This document shows positions 41,347 to 51,232 of a stretch of 64,000 nucleotides of DNA, in pieces. A program made the position numbers and the translations under genes. Location of the stretch: positions 480,001 through 544,000 of the forward strand of contig CM000432.1 in NCBI GenBank assembly GCA_000165345.1, in the 5' to 3' direction. Below the pieces are notes generated by a model. That model made no database searches. It saw only the letters and a program-made list of their open reading frames with translations, and was not told the origin of the DNA. How positions within the stretch are numbered: position 1 is the first letter of the stretch; each line of letters starts with the position of its first letter.

Positions 41347-44300
41347 TTAAAATAAAAAGAAACTATAAATAAAATCGATCTTCCTCTTCTCGACATTGTG
41401 AAATAGGTTCCAATATTTAATTATACATACGTTATTAGGGTCAAGCAATTTTGAAAATTTCCATAACTTGTTGTAAACTGTCCTAATTAGCCACGAAGGG
41501 TATTTTTTCTGTATTGTTTTTGATCTAAGACTTTCAATTTCAATCGTTTTTAGATATGAAGAAATCATACAGGTATTATATGCAAGGCTTACAATACACA
41601 TATCAAAGTCAATGTTAATTATTTTGTTGCTGTTTAGATATTCACTGATTCTGATAAGACTTTTAAACTCAAAATTTGACGAAATCAATTTAATCAGTTC
41701 ATTTTCAAAAATCAATTCGAGCGATTTATTTATAACAAACTCGGTTCTACCATTTATTTGTTCTGAAAATAATATGAATCCTAATATCATCTTTAAACTG
41801 TAGCTTTGATTTAATTTAATTCTGGAACTAAACTCTTCTTCAATAACTTCCAAACCATTATGTTTGGATGTTTCTTGTTTATAAAGCTCAATAGACATGT
41901 TGTATTTTTCAAAAATACGTTTTGGATCATCTCCAATATCATAGTCAAGAAATTCTGCATAGTTAAATATTACGTAGCTGCTGTTCGGAAATATTGAAAC
42001 AGCTTTTTCATATAATAACTTTGAAACATCAATAATGTTATAAATATCGATAATTATTCTCGCATAATCAACCATATTTTGTGGGCAAAAAGAGTCATTA
42101 ATTATACAATGATTCATTATCCATGGCCTCCATGACTCATTCCAATCCAAAAGCTTTCTTTTGAATGAAAAATTAGAGAAGTCATTGTAATTTTTCTTTT
42201 CAACGAAAATATTAGTCTGAACAAGCTTTAAATCTTCAATCGGTTTCCTTTTATATAATGAATAGTGTGCATTTCTATAAACAAGATCAAAATATCTAGA
42301 TTGGCTATCTAATTGGATTCTCCAACATGTCCTTTGAAAAATGTTTTCTTGATTATTGCAACGGTGATTTATATTGTCCAAGAAATTAGTTACATGAATC
42401 ATTGTAATTGCATTTTTATCGCCTCTAGGAATTGCGCATCGATAAATGCTAAGCAACAGATATTCAGTTTTATATTGTTGTTGCATGGTTTCATATAGTT
42501 CTTTTAGCGAAATGCAGGCTGATATTGAATACATGAATTGAGTTCTTCTTCTAATTTTTATATGTTCATATTGAGGATGGGTAACTATCTTTGTCTTCGT
42601 TGCTAATCTTAATGTTGCGCTGACAACCATATCTGAAAGTATTGGCGTGTGATTTGGTAAATTTGAATTAATCCAACCAACCAATCTAGACTTTGAAGAG
42701 GATGCGTTGTTTTCTGGGATAAGTCCTGTCTGAATTTCACTAAATGGAAACTTTGAAATTGAAAAAGAAAGAAAAATAATAGAAGTTGCGAAAAAAATAA
42801 AACAAGCAATTCTATTATTAAAATATCTTTTATTTGGATTAATTGCTTTATTTTTATTATATTTAATTCTAAATATCCATAATAAAATAGGTTTATAGTA
42901 ATTAAATATAAAACTTAAGTATTTCCTTGATGCAAATAAACTAGAAACAACTGCAATATATGGTAAGGCCAATACCCTTAATCTTGAAATAATAATTGCC
43001 AATAGACAGAAAAAAATGGTTTGAAAAGTCAAAAAAGATATCGCAGTATCTTGATTTTCAAAATTTATATTATAAAACTTATCAAGTAATAAATTTTTTT
43101 TATTTTTGTAACTGCTTTGCTTCTCTTTCAAATTTTTCGGGTATTCATCTTGCAAATTATTCTTAAAACAGTGAACGTTGCTTTGCTTCAACGAAATAGC
43201 TGCTTCAGGAGAATAAGATGCTGCCGTAGAGACAATTGAAGAATTTGATGAAGAATCGGATATCTCATCATTAATTTGAGAGCAATCCTCAAACTGATAT
43301 GAAAACGATGATTCGATATTTTTATATGGGAAATATTTTGAAGCCCGAATATTTGCTGTATCAATAATTATTGAGAATAAAATAAGAAAGGTGCCAGGTA
43401 TAAAAATAAATAATACTCCTGAATTTTTTATCATCTCCAGCTGTTCTTTAGTAATAAAAGAAAATTCTGAACCTCCCATTTTGTAAATCATCGTGTCGAA
43501 GTTAGCAAACTCCTGACCAAAAATTGCACTTTTTAGCATATCGAAGACGTGTGTATCGTGATCTGAAAATGGATTTAGAATTAACTTGAAAACTAAAAAT
43601 AGCGCTAATGAAATAATGCCAGAAGTGAAAGAATATAACAATGAAAATTTTTCCCGTTTAAACAAGATTTTGCAAAGTGAAATTGAAAGTAAAATTGAGA
43701 CTCCAATTTGAGGCAGAGGTGTCAATAAAATATAATAATTGAAAAAATGTAATAAATACGAAGTAAACATGGCAATCATATTGAAAAAAATCAATTTTCT
43801 GAGAACCAATATAAGTTTTGAATGCTCACATCCAAACAAAAACAGAGCATAAACTGATAATATTTGAGTGGAAATTACAAACACAGAAAATTGCCAGAAT
43901 TCTAGAAGTATAACCGATGTAAAATAAAGTAAAATCCATTTTTTTTTTTGATTTCCCCTGTTTGTATATTTAATTATTGAAATTAATATCATATTATTGA
44001 TCCAAATAAACGGAAGAGCAAAATTTTCTCTTAAAGGCAAACTAGAAATTCTTGATAGTAACCTTAATCTAAAATTTGCAAATAAAAATCCCATACAAGT
44101 TAATCCACTAATATATGATCCGTCAGCGATAAATGTACTCGTTCCGCATAAAACTCCCATTCCTATTCCAAGTAATGAGTTTACAAAGAAAAAATAAAAA
44201 TTATATGGAGTAGATAAAAAAACGAATTCACTGCTTAAATTATTAAAGCCAAATGTATTTTTTAATAAATGCTCGCCATTAATGAAAGAATAAATAAGAT

Positions 44301-44745
44301 GAATGATGAATTTTAACTTGAAATAAAACTCTAAAAAAAGCTTATATAAAATACCCAATATAACTTCTTGATAAATATTAAATCTTGAAAGTGAATTAAT
44401 TATATCAGGATATTCAGTTCTGTCATCAGATATCATTTTTTTTATTATATTATATATGCTTTCGGAAGAATTAACAATGTCATCATAAAAAGAAAAATAA
44501 AATGCTGTTTCGCTAAACAATGACATTTTCTGTTCTTCGTATGACCGTAAGAGCATTTTTCTATGCCTAAGTATCAGAAATGATGAAAATATGATGCTAG
44601 AAAGGACAGTCATCCAAAATGTTTTATTCCAAATTTTTTCGTCGCAAAAATTTGAAAAATTATTCTCAGAATAGGCATTTAACTCATGTTTTAAAATTTT
44701 GTCATGTTTATAATTTACTCTATATTTGTTTTTATGCAAATTCAT
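41347..44745 (-). CDS. Polytopic membrane protein (about 12+ TM in first 650 aa) with 480-aa C-terminal soluble helical/TPR-like domain. TMTC-like glycosyltransferase is a hypothesis.
   Basis: 1132-aa ORF. Many hydrophobic helices (LSSIIFSSFLIL, FVNSLLGIGMGVLCG, ...). C-terminal YEKAVSIFPNSSYVIFNYAEFLDYD is TPR-like. Architecture resembles TMTC-family (DUF1736 plus TPR) transferases. Not verified. Confidence 0.4.
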   Translation of the reverse strand: MNLHKNKYRVNYKHDKILKHELNAYSENNFSNFCDEKIWNKTFWMTVLSSIIFSSFLILRHRKMLLRSYEEQKMSLFSETAFYFSFYDDIVNSSESIYNIIKKMISDDRTEYPDIINSLSRFNIYQEVILGILYKLFLEFYFKLKFIIHLIYSFINGEHLLKNTFGFNNLSSEFVFLSTPYNFYFFFVNSLLGIGMGVLCGTSTFIADGSYISGLTCMGFLFANFRLRLLSRISSLPLRENFALPFIWINNMILISIIKYTNRGNQKKKWILLYFTSVILLEFWQFSVFVISTQILSVYALFLFGCEHSKLILVLRKLIFFNMIAMFTSYLLHFFNYYILLTPLPQIGVSILLSISLCKILFKREKFSLLYSFTSGIISLALFLVFKLILNPFSDHDTHVFDMLKSAIFGQEFANFDTMIYKMGGSEFSFITKEQLEMIKNSGVLFIFIPGTFLILFSIIIDTANIRASKYFPYKNIESSFSYQFEDCSQINDEISDSSSNSSIVSTAASYSPEAAISLKQSNVHCFKNNLQDEYPKNLKEKQSSYKNKKNLLLDKFYNINFENQDTAISFLTFQTIFFCLLAIIISRLRVLALPYIAVVSSLFASRKYLSFIFNYYKPILLWIFRIKYNKNKAINPNKRYFNNRIACFIFFATSIIFLSFSISKFPFSEIQTGLIPENNASSSKSRLVGWINSNLPNHTPILSDMVVSATLRLATKTKIVTHPQYEHIKIRRRTQFMYSISACISLKELYETMQQQYKTEYLLLSIYRCAIPRGDKNAITMIHVTNFLDNINHRCNNQENIFQRTCWRIQLDSQSRYFDLVYRNAHYSLYKRKPIEDLKLVQTNIFVEKKNYNDFSNFSFKRKLLDWNESWRPWIMNHCIINDSFCPQNMVDYARIIIDIYNIIDVSKLLYEKAVSIFPNSSYVIFNYAEFLDYDIGDDPKRIFEKYNMSIELYKQETSKHNGLEVIEEEFSSRIKLNQSYSLKMILGFILFSEQINGRTEFVINKSLELIFENELIKLISSNFEFKSLIRISEYLNSNKIINIDFDMCIVSLAYNTCMISSYLKTIEIESLRSKTIQKKYPSWLIRTVYNKLWKFSKLLDPNNVCIIKYWNLFHNVEKRKIDFIYSFFLF

Positions 44746-45135
44746 TCTTCAAGATTTAAAATAAATTATGGTAAAATCTATGAAGTTCCATTAATTTAAT
44801 TGTTATCATTTAACTTTTTTTAGTGATTTTAATGCAATGAATTGTTGCGCCTTTATTGGTGGGGTCAAAGATGTTAAAAATATATATAACGTGAAATAAT
44901 TCAGTTAAAATTATCAATTAAGAATCGATAAATGCTAATAATAATTAATTACTTTATTATATTAGTTTTATCAGACTATTAAAGCGATGTTATTTTCTTC
45001 CTAAAAATTTTTATGAGTTAAAGAATATTTAATCCAAATTTGGTACTTAAAGACCCAATTTAGTGATTAAATTCATAAACTTTAAATTTATTTCAAGATT
45101 TTTAATATATATAATACTAAAATCTAACTTAATAC

Positions 45136-46788
45136 CTAAATTCCATAATTGCTTTTTACTGAAAAATTGAATTTTCTAAAGAACTTGTGGAATATTGTTA
45201 AAAAGGAAAATAAAATAGCTATTATTAGAGATGAAGAAATTAAAATCCCCCAAATCTCATATTTTTTGTTTTTTAAAACGACATATCTTTTTACCAGTAT
45301 TTTGGATAATACATTTTTGTGAATATCCCTTACGTGGGCATTCGTCAATTTTCCTTCATAATAGTTTGTGGCTCCTATATCGGAATTAGAGTTATTTAAT
45401 TTGTGTCGGAAATTATTCGTAGTTTTCGGTAAGATGCCGTTTCTATCTTTAGAATTTAGATAGTTATATCTTATCATGATTTTATTTTCATTCAAAATAA
45501 AAGTGATCTCTTTGTATATAAAAAAAGTAGCACCAAGTATTATTTCGTTACTAGAGGAGTTTTCTCCATTCTTATCCGCCCCTATTTCTGAATTTATCAA
45601 GTTATTACTTGCTATTCCTAAACAATAAACTTTAATATTACCTTCTAAAATTTTATTTAAGTATAAATAAGACTCTGGGGGCCAGTTTATTACTAACTGT
45701 TCCGTCAATTTATTTCTATTATTGTTGAACACAACTTTAATATTAGGAAATTTATCAGTTGAAATCCCGTTGAGCATTCTCCAGCATGTAAGACCATCTT
45801 TTTCATCATGCCCAGAAATTTTTGGATAGTATTTTGAAACATTATTAAACAGACCTCTGGTAATTTTTTTAAATAATCTAGCAGGAAAAATTGAAATTGT
45901 AGTTCCTGTATCAAAAATTGCTTTGAACAACCTTTCATTTAATTTGGTATCTAATTCACGGGTATTTGAATCAACTTCAATTTTGCTTATATAAGCACAG
46001 TACCTTTCATCATTAATACACCTCGTAATATTATAATTTTCAAATGGATAATTCATCATTTTAGTTTGATCAAAGCAGGTAGACCCAAAAGTTAACTTTC
46101 CTCCATCCTTTTCAAAAAAAATTGAAATTATTTTATCGGAATCAGTTTTTCTTACTTCACCACTTTTGAAAATATAGTTGATTATTTGATTCATTTCTTT
46201 ATTACTGAAGTTTGCAAGGCCCATTATACCTGATGCTTTTTGAAATTTAAAAAAGTTATTTTCAATGATATTACATCCGAAAACGAACTTATTCTTAAAT
46301 TTCTGTCTAATTTCCAAGTTGGACGACAGCTTATTTTCAAATTCAACAAAGTCCTCAAAAAAGTATCCAAGTATACGGCTACCTTCTGAATATTTAATAT
46401 CGTAAACGCATTTGTTGTTCAGAAAACTCTTATTATAATTGGGATAATTCATACTGATTCTTCCATGAATACTTTTATTTATTATATCTGTTTCGTTATT
46501 TGGAGTATTATTTCTCTTACATTTAATAATATTACTAGTGTCTGACAAATTAATATTAAATGGCTTATTTTCATGTGTTCCACAGTTAATACAATCTGAA
46601 CATGCAAAGCCAGTAAGAGAGCTTCCCGTATCTATAATAAGAGTCTGCTGCTGAGTAATTGGAAACCCCACATTAACTTTAATAAAGTAATAACCATATT
46701 TGTGTACATTTCCATACAAGGGTAATGTGATCGTTTTTCCCTTAATAATTACGAATAAGGTCGTAATCAAAAAAATTAAAAGGTTCAT
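45136..46788 (-). CDS. Pepsin-family (A1) aspartic protease with signal peptide and C-terminal transmembrane anchor
   Basis: Signal MNLLIFLITTLFVIIKG. Catalytic motifs IIDTGSSLTGF and AIFDTGTTISIFP. Multiple Cys pairs. C-terminal TM IWGILISSSLIIAILFSFLTIF plus short basic tail. This is a plasmepsin V/BACE-like topology. Confidence 0.85.
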   Translation of the reverse strand: MNLLIFLITTLFVIIKGKTITLPLYGNVHKYGYYFIKVNVGFPITQQQTLIIDTGSSLTGFACSDCINCGTHENKPFNINLSDTSNIIKCKRNNTPNNETDIINKSIHGRISMNYPNYNKSFLNNKCVYDIKYSEGSRILGYFFEDFVEFENKLSSNLEIRQKFKNKFVFGCNIIENNFFKFQKASGIMGLANFSNKEMNQIINYIFKSGEVRKTDSDKIISIFFEKDGGKLTFGSTCFDQTKMMNYPFENYNITRCINDERYCAYISKIEVDSNTRELDTKLNERLFKAIFDTGTTISIFPARLFKKITRGLFNNVSKYYPKISGHDEKDGLTCWRMLNGISTDKFPNIKVVFNNNRNKLTEQLVINWPPESYLYLNKILEGNIKVYCLGIASNNLINSEIGADKNGENSSSNEIILGATFFIYKEITFILNENKIMIRYNYLNSKDRNGILPKTTNNFRHKLNNSNSDIGATNYYEGKLTNAHVRDIHKNVLSKILVKRYVVLKNKKYEIWGILISSSLIIAILFSFLTIFHKFFRKFNFSVKSNYGI

Positions 46789-46899
46789 ATTTAGTTAAGC
46801 TAAAAACAAAAAATTTTTTCAGTAAAATAGAAAGTATTAATATTATTAGCATAGTATTCATCTGAACTACTTTTGCTTTATTGCCTACAGTTTGGAATA

Positions 46900-46943
46900 A
46901 GTGCATGCATTCTGGGGAAATTAATTTAATCATTTAGGCGGCT
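46900..46943. promoter_or_regulatory. Same composite element AGTGCATGCATT ... CATTTAGGCGGCT, about 115 bp upstream of the aspartic protease ATG
   Basis: Exact 12-mer agtgcatgcatt identical to 30294-30305. catttaggcggct is identical to 8269-8281. Confidence 0.45.
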
Positions 46944-47009
46944 TAGATTTTATTTCAAAATCTGAAGAAAGATTAAGCTATTATATAGAATATTGAGGAG
47001 TTCGAAATA

Positions 47010-50000
47010 TCATTTATTTTTTCTACGAACCTTGTTATCAATCATTATTTCATTTTTGTCTCCGAATTTTTCATCGCATTCATTTCCGTTAAAGAAGTTC
47101 TCAATTCTGCTTACAGTTGAGATACCATTAATTAGTTCAGTCTTAAACAATACATCTGCCTTATTAAACATTCCTTCTTTAAGTGAAACAATTATAAATT
47201 GGGAATTAGGGAAATGATTTTTGATCATCTTCCCAATATTCTGCGTATGCCCGAGATCGAGCGCAGAATCAATCTCATCCAAAATATAGACTGGCGCAGG
47301 CTTGAATCTTAGCATCGATAGAATCAATGATAGTGCTAATAATGATCTCTGTCCACCACTAAGTTCAGTCAAAGACTTTTTCCAAATTCCACCAAACCCA
47401 ACTTTAAATTCTAGCCCTTCATAAAAACTCTCAACATTAGTTTCCGGATTGAAATAAGGGACAAGCTCTGCGTTAGAATTTGGTAGAAGAGTACTATATA
47501 TTGATTTAAATGATGAGTTCACAGTTTTCCAAGTATTTTCCAAAGCTTGTCTTTTTTTCTGATCCAAATCACTTATTACATCTTCGATTTTATCTTTATC
47601 TTTTATTACAATATCTCTTTTATTGATTAATTCATTACACTCGGCGTTAACTCTATCGTACAAATTTAAAATTCTTCTGTTCACATTTTTAGAAAGTGAG
47701 ATTTGCTCATTCTGGAGTTCTTCCAACTTTTCTACACAACTCTTATATGAATGCGCCTCTAAATCAATTTTATTAGTAAAATTTTTATCCAGGAGCCATT
47801 CGAACCTTCTGGACATCGAGTCTTTTAATTTATTTTTTTGTGACAAGTCGGTTTTAAGTGTTTTTATTACATGAATAATCTTAGAATTTTCAATCTGCTT
47901 ACCATTAATCAATTTTTCAATTTTCTTGATCTCTGATTTATACTCCTTTATTATATCGTTGCTCGATTCAATTTGTTGCTGAAGCTTCATTAACGAAGAC
48001 TTGCTTTCATTAAGTTGGGATTGGAAATTTTTCAAAGTTTCGTTTTGATCCTCGATTTTTTGTCTTATATCGCTAATATTATTAGTTTTGCCGAAAATTA
48101 AATCTGATATTTGGTCTAATTCCGCCTTCAATGCTTTTTGTTCAATTCTAGTATCAGAAGTCATTTTTTCCAAATTTTTATATGAGGCTGTTAAATCTCT
48201 AATTTCTCTTTTTAAATGATCTATTTCTACTTCCAAATGTTTTTCTCTAGATTCCTTTGTATCTTCAAATACTTTAATTTCGTTTTCAAGCCTGGATTTA
48301 TTTTCTTTCAAACATTTCTCTTTATCAAGTAACTCTTGATGCTCGTTCTTTAGTGCCATTATTTCTTTCAAATATTCTTCAATCTTTGATTCAGCAGATT
48401 CTTCTTTCAGTCTTGTTATACGTTCTTCTAAAAGTTTAAGCTGGTGTTTATTTATGTCTAATTGTATTAGGGAGTGTCTGTATGTATCTGCAGCCTTGCC
48501 CAAATCCAATAAAATTTTATTTATTTCTTCGATCCTTTTGTTATTTGCTAGTATTTTAAGTCTAAGATTATTGTATTGCTTATATGCTGATAGAATACTT
48601 CTTTGGTTACTTGGAATAGATCCACCTGATAAAGTTCCACTGGGATCGTATATATCGCCATTTAATGTTACAGTTCTTGCTAGTATTCCAGGATTGAATG
48701 TTATCATCTTGGCGATATTTTCATCTTCACAAATAATTGTATGCCCAAAACAAAACTTAATAGCAGGCTCTAGCTCTTTATCAAATTTTAAAATATTCAT
48801 TGCACTTAAAACACGTAAATCTTCTGTACTGTTACAATTAATCAAGCTTCTGGCAGAATTTAATGTTTTTTCTGGAATTGAAGGATCCATAATTTTATCT
48901 AATGGTATTATCGTAATTCTTTTTTTAATTAATCCACTACTCAGAAGTTTCTTTCCAATTTCATGATTTTCGACCACCAAATTGTACAGTCTCCCTCCTG
49001 CTATCATCTCCAATGCTATTGAATATTTAGAGTCTAAGTAATCTATAAGTTCAAATACAGACCCCTTAACTTTTGTTTTTTGAGCTTTTGAATAATCTAA
49101 TAGAGTATCCACTTCATTTATATGAGCTTGTATTGCCAACTCACTGGAGGTTCCTACATTATAAATGCATTGCCGAGTGCGAATGAACATCTCGATTGGC
49201 TGTAGTTGAATTTCTAAAGAGTCATTGTCTAATTTTATTTTTCTTTTTTCAAGATTATATTTTTCACATAACTCTGCATCTTCCTTTAAATTAATTACTT
49301 CACTTTCTAGTTTTTTAATTTGACCATTCATGTATTGATATTCTTCATCTGGAGTCATTGACTTATGTTTGCTAGAAGTAGATGAGCTCTTAACAATTTG
49401 GTCATTTAAAGGCCTAATTTTCTTTTCAATTTCCCCGATTTTCATTTTGACTTTTTTTTCTTGAACAGAGACTTTGGCCAATTCTTTTTCAGTATCAAAT
49501 AACGACTGCCTCAGTGACTTTTGCTCGGAATTTATCGAATTAATATCGCATCCTGCTCTAATTCCTTGAAGAGACTTTTTATTTGCTTCCATCTTTTCTT
49601 TCAAATCACTAATCTGCTTTTCCAGTTTAAAAAATTCTTCAGATTTCTTTATTAAGTTTCCTTGATTTGAATTTATACGAGGATTAAGCTTATCCTCGAT
49701 TATTTTCTTTTGGTTTAAATAATCTTTAAGTAAGTTTTCTTCGTCATTCAGATCTATTTTCAATTCATTAAGCTGAACTTGAGTTAATCTAACTTTTGAC
49801 TCTACATCTGAAATTCTGTCTTTACAGGTTTTTAGTGGGGCTGACCACTCTGTAGACAATTTATTTTCCTCTTCCTCAACTAATTTTTTTAAATTTATTA
49901 TTTTTTCTTTTCCATCAGATATAGCCTTTTCAATCCCACTTAATGCAATTTCAGAGTTATTTAGTTCGCCCTCAATTTCCAATACCTCCGAAGATAAGTT

Positions 50001-50720
50001 ATTATAATTGTGCAAAGTACAAATTCGCTCAATAAACTCGATTTCTTCATTGATGCTATTCCATTTGAGATAATCAGATCTCTCCTTCTTGAGTCGTTCA
50101 AGTTTTGGTATTATATCCTCCTCTAGCATTCTATTAATTTCTTCCAATTTGCTATCTTTTTTTTCGATAAGTTTTAAGCTTTGCTGTTTCTTTGTTTCAT
50201 ACATCCTTGTACCTGCAGCTTCCTCTACCATTGATAGTAATTCTTTAGGTTTCATATTAATAACTTTTGTAATTCTCCCTTGCATTATTAAAAAATGAGA
50301 GTTGTTCACATTTAACTGAACCGAATGAAAAAAATTTGTTATTTCAATTGGTTTAACAACACTTCCGTTTAATAAATATCTATTCCTTCCTCCAGTAGCG
50401 ATCTGTCTTGTTACCGTAATCTTGTCCAAGTCCCTATATAAAGGCGAGGAATTGGACTTATCATCATTATTAAAAATAATAGAAACAGATGCTTTGCTAA
50501 TTCCTGCTTGACCAGATTTATAAACCAGTTCCTCAAGTTTGTTGATGCGTATCTGTGACAAATTAGTTATTCCAAGCACAAAGCAAATTGAATCCAAAAT
50601 ATTCGATTTCCCACTTCCATTTAAACCTGTTATTGCATTAAATTTTGGATTAAATTTCCCTATTACTGTTCTCTTTTGATAGGACTTAAATCCATCAAGA
50701 ATTATTTCCTCAATGTACAT
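47010..50720 (-). CDS. SMC2: Structural maintenance of chromosomes protein 2 (condensin SMC2)
   Basis: N-terminus [58 protein letters not shown]...[11 protein letters not shown] is nearly identical to SMC2 ([58 protein letters not shown]). Long coiled coils, hinge, and C-terminal [18 protein letters not shown]...[10 protein letters not shown]. Confidence 0.9.
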   Translation of the reverse strand: [1236 protein letters not shown]

Positions 50721-50955
50721 TATAAAATTACCCTCTTATTCCAAAGCAGGTAAAAATACAAAAATAATTATTTACATGCAACCCAAATTATTCTTTAGAT
50801 AAACCAAAACTTCCAATATTAGTTTTAATACGTGCTTATATATTACTATATTAGTTTACGATAACTTTCTAACTCTAAATTAATTTACATTTTAATTTTA
50901 CCAGTGATTAATAACCTGAGTTTCTTCATTGTAAATATTACACATGTTTGTGGGG

Positions 50956-50967
50956 TTTTTAGCGCCG
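50956..50967. promoter_or_regulatory. TTTTTAGCGCCG GC-islet about 240 bp upstream of SMC2 (E2F-like candidate)
   Basis: Direct read ggggtttttagcgccgatt immediately before the (AT)n microsatellite. Confidence 0.3.
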
Positions 50968-50969
50968 AT

Positions 50970-51017
<48 letters not shown>

Positions 51018-51232
51018 GTATGCAATAACTGAATAGATATTGCTATTGAAGCAGTCAAAGAACAGAAAATTTTATGTATTTTTCTCCGTTCTATTCCATT
51101 TTTATTTTTGTCCTTAATTAAACATAAAAACTTTATAAAAAGCCAAATCATTCTAATTTGATGTATCATTTGCGACAAATAAAAGCAATAAATTGATGAA
51201 AGAGAATTTATGGAGTTTATATAACGGTTAAA

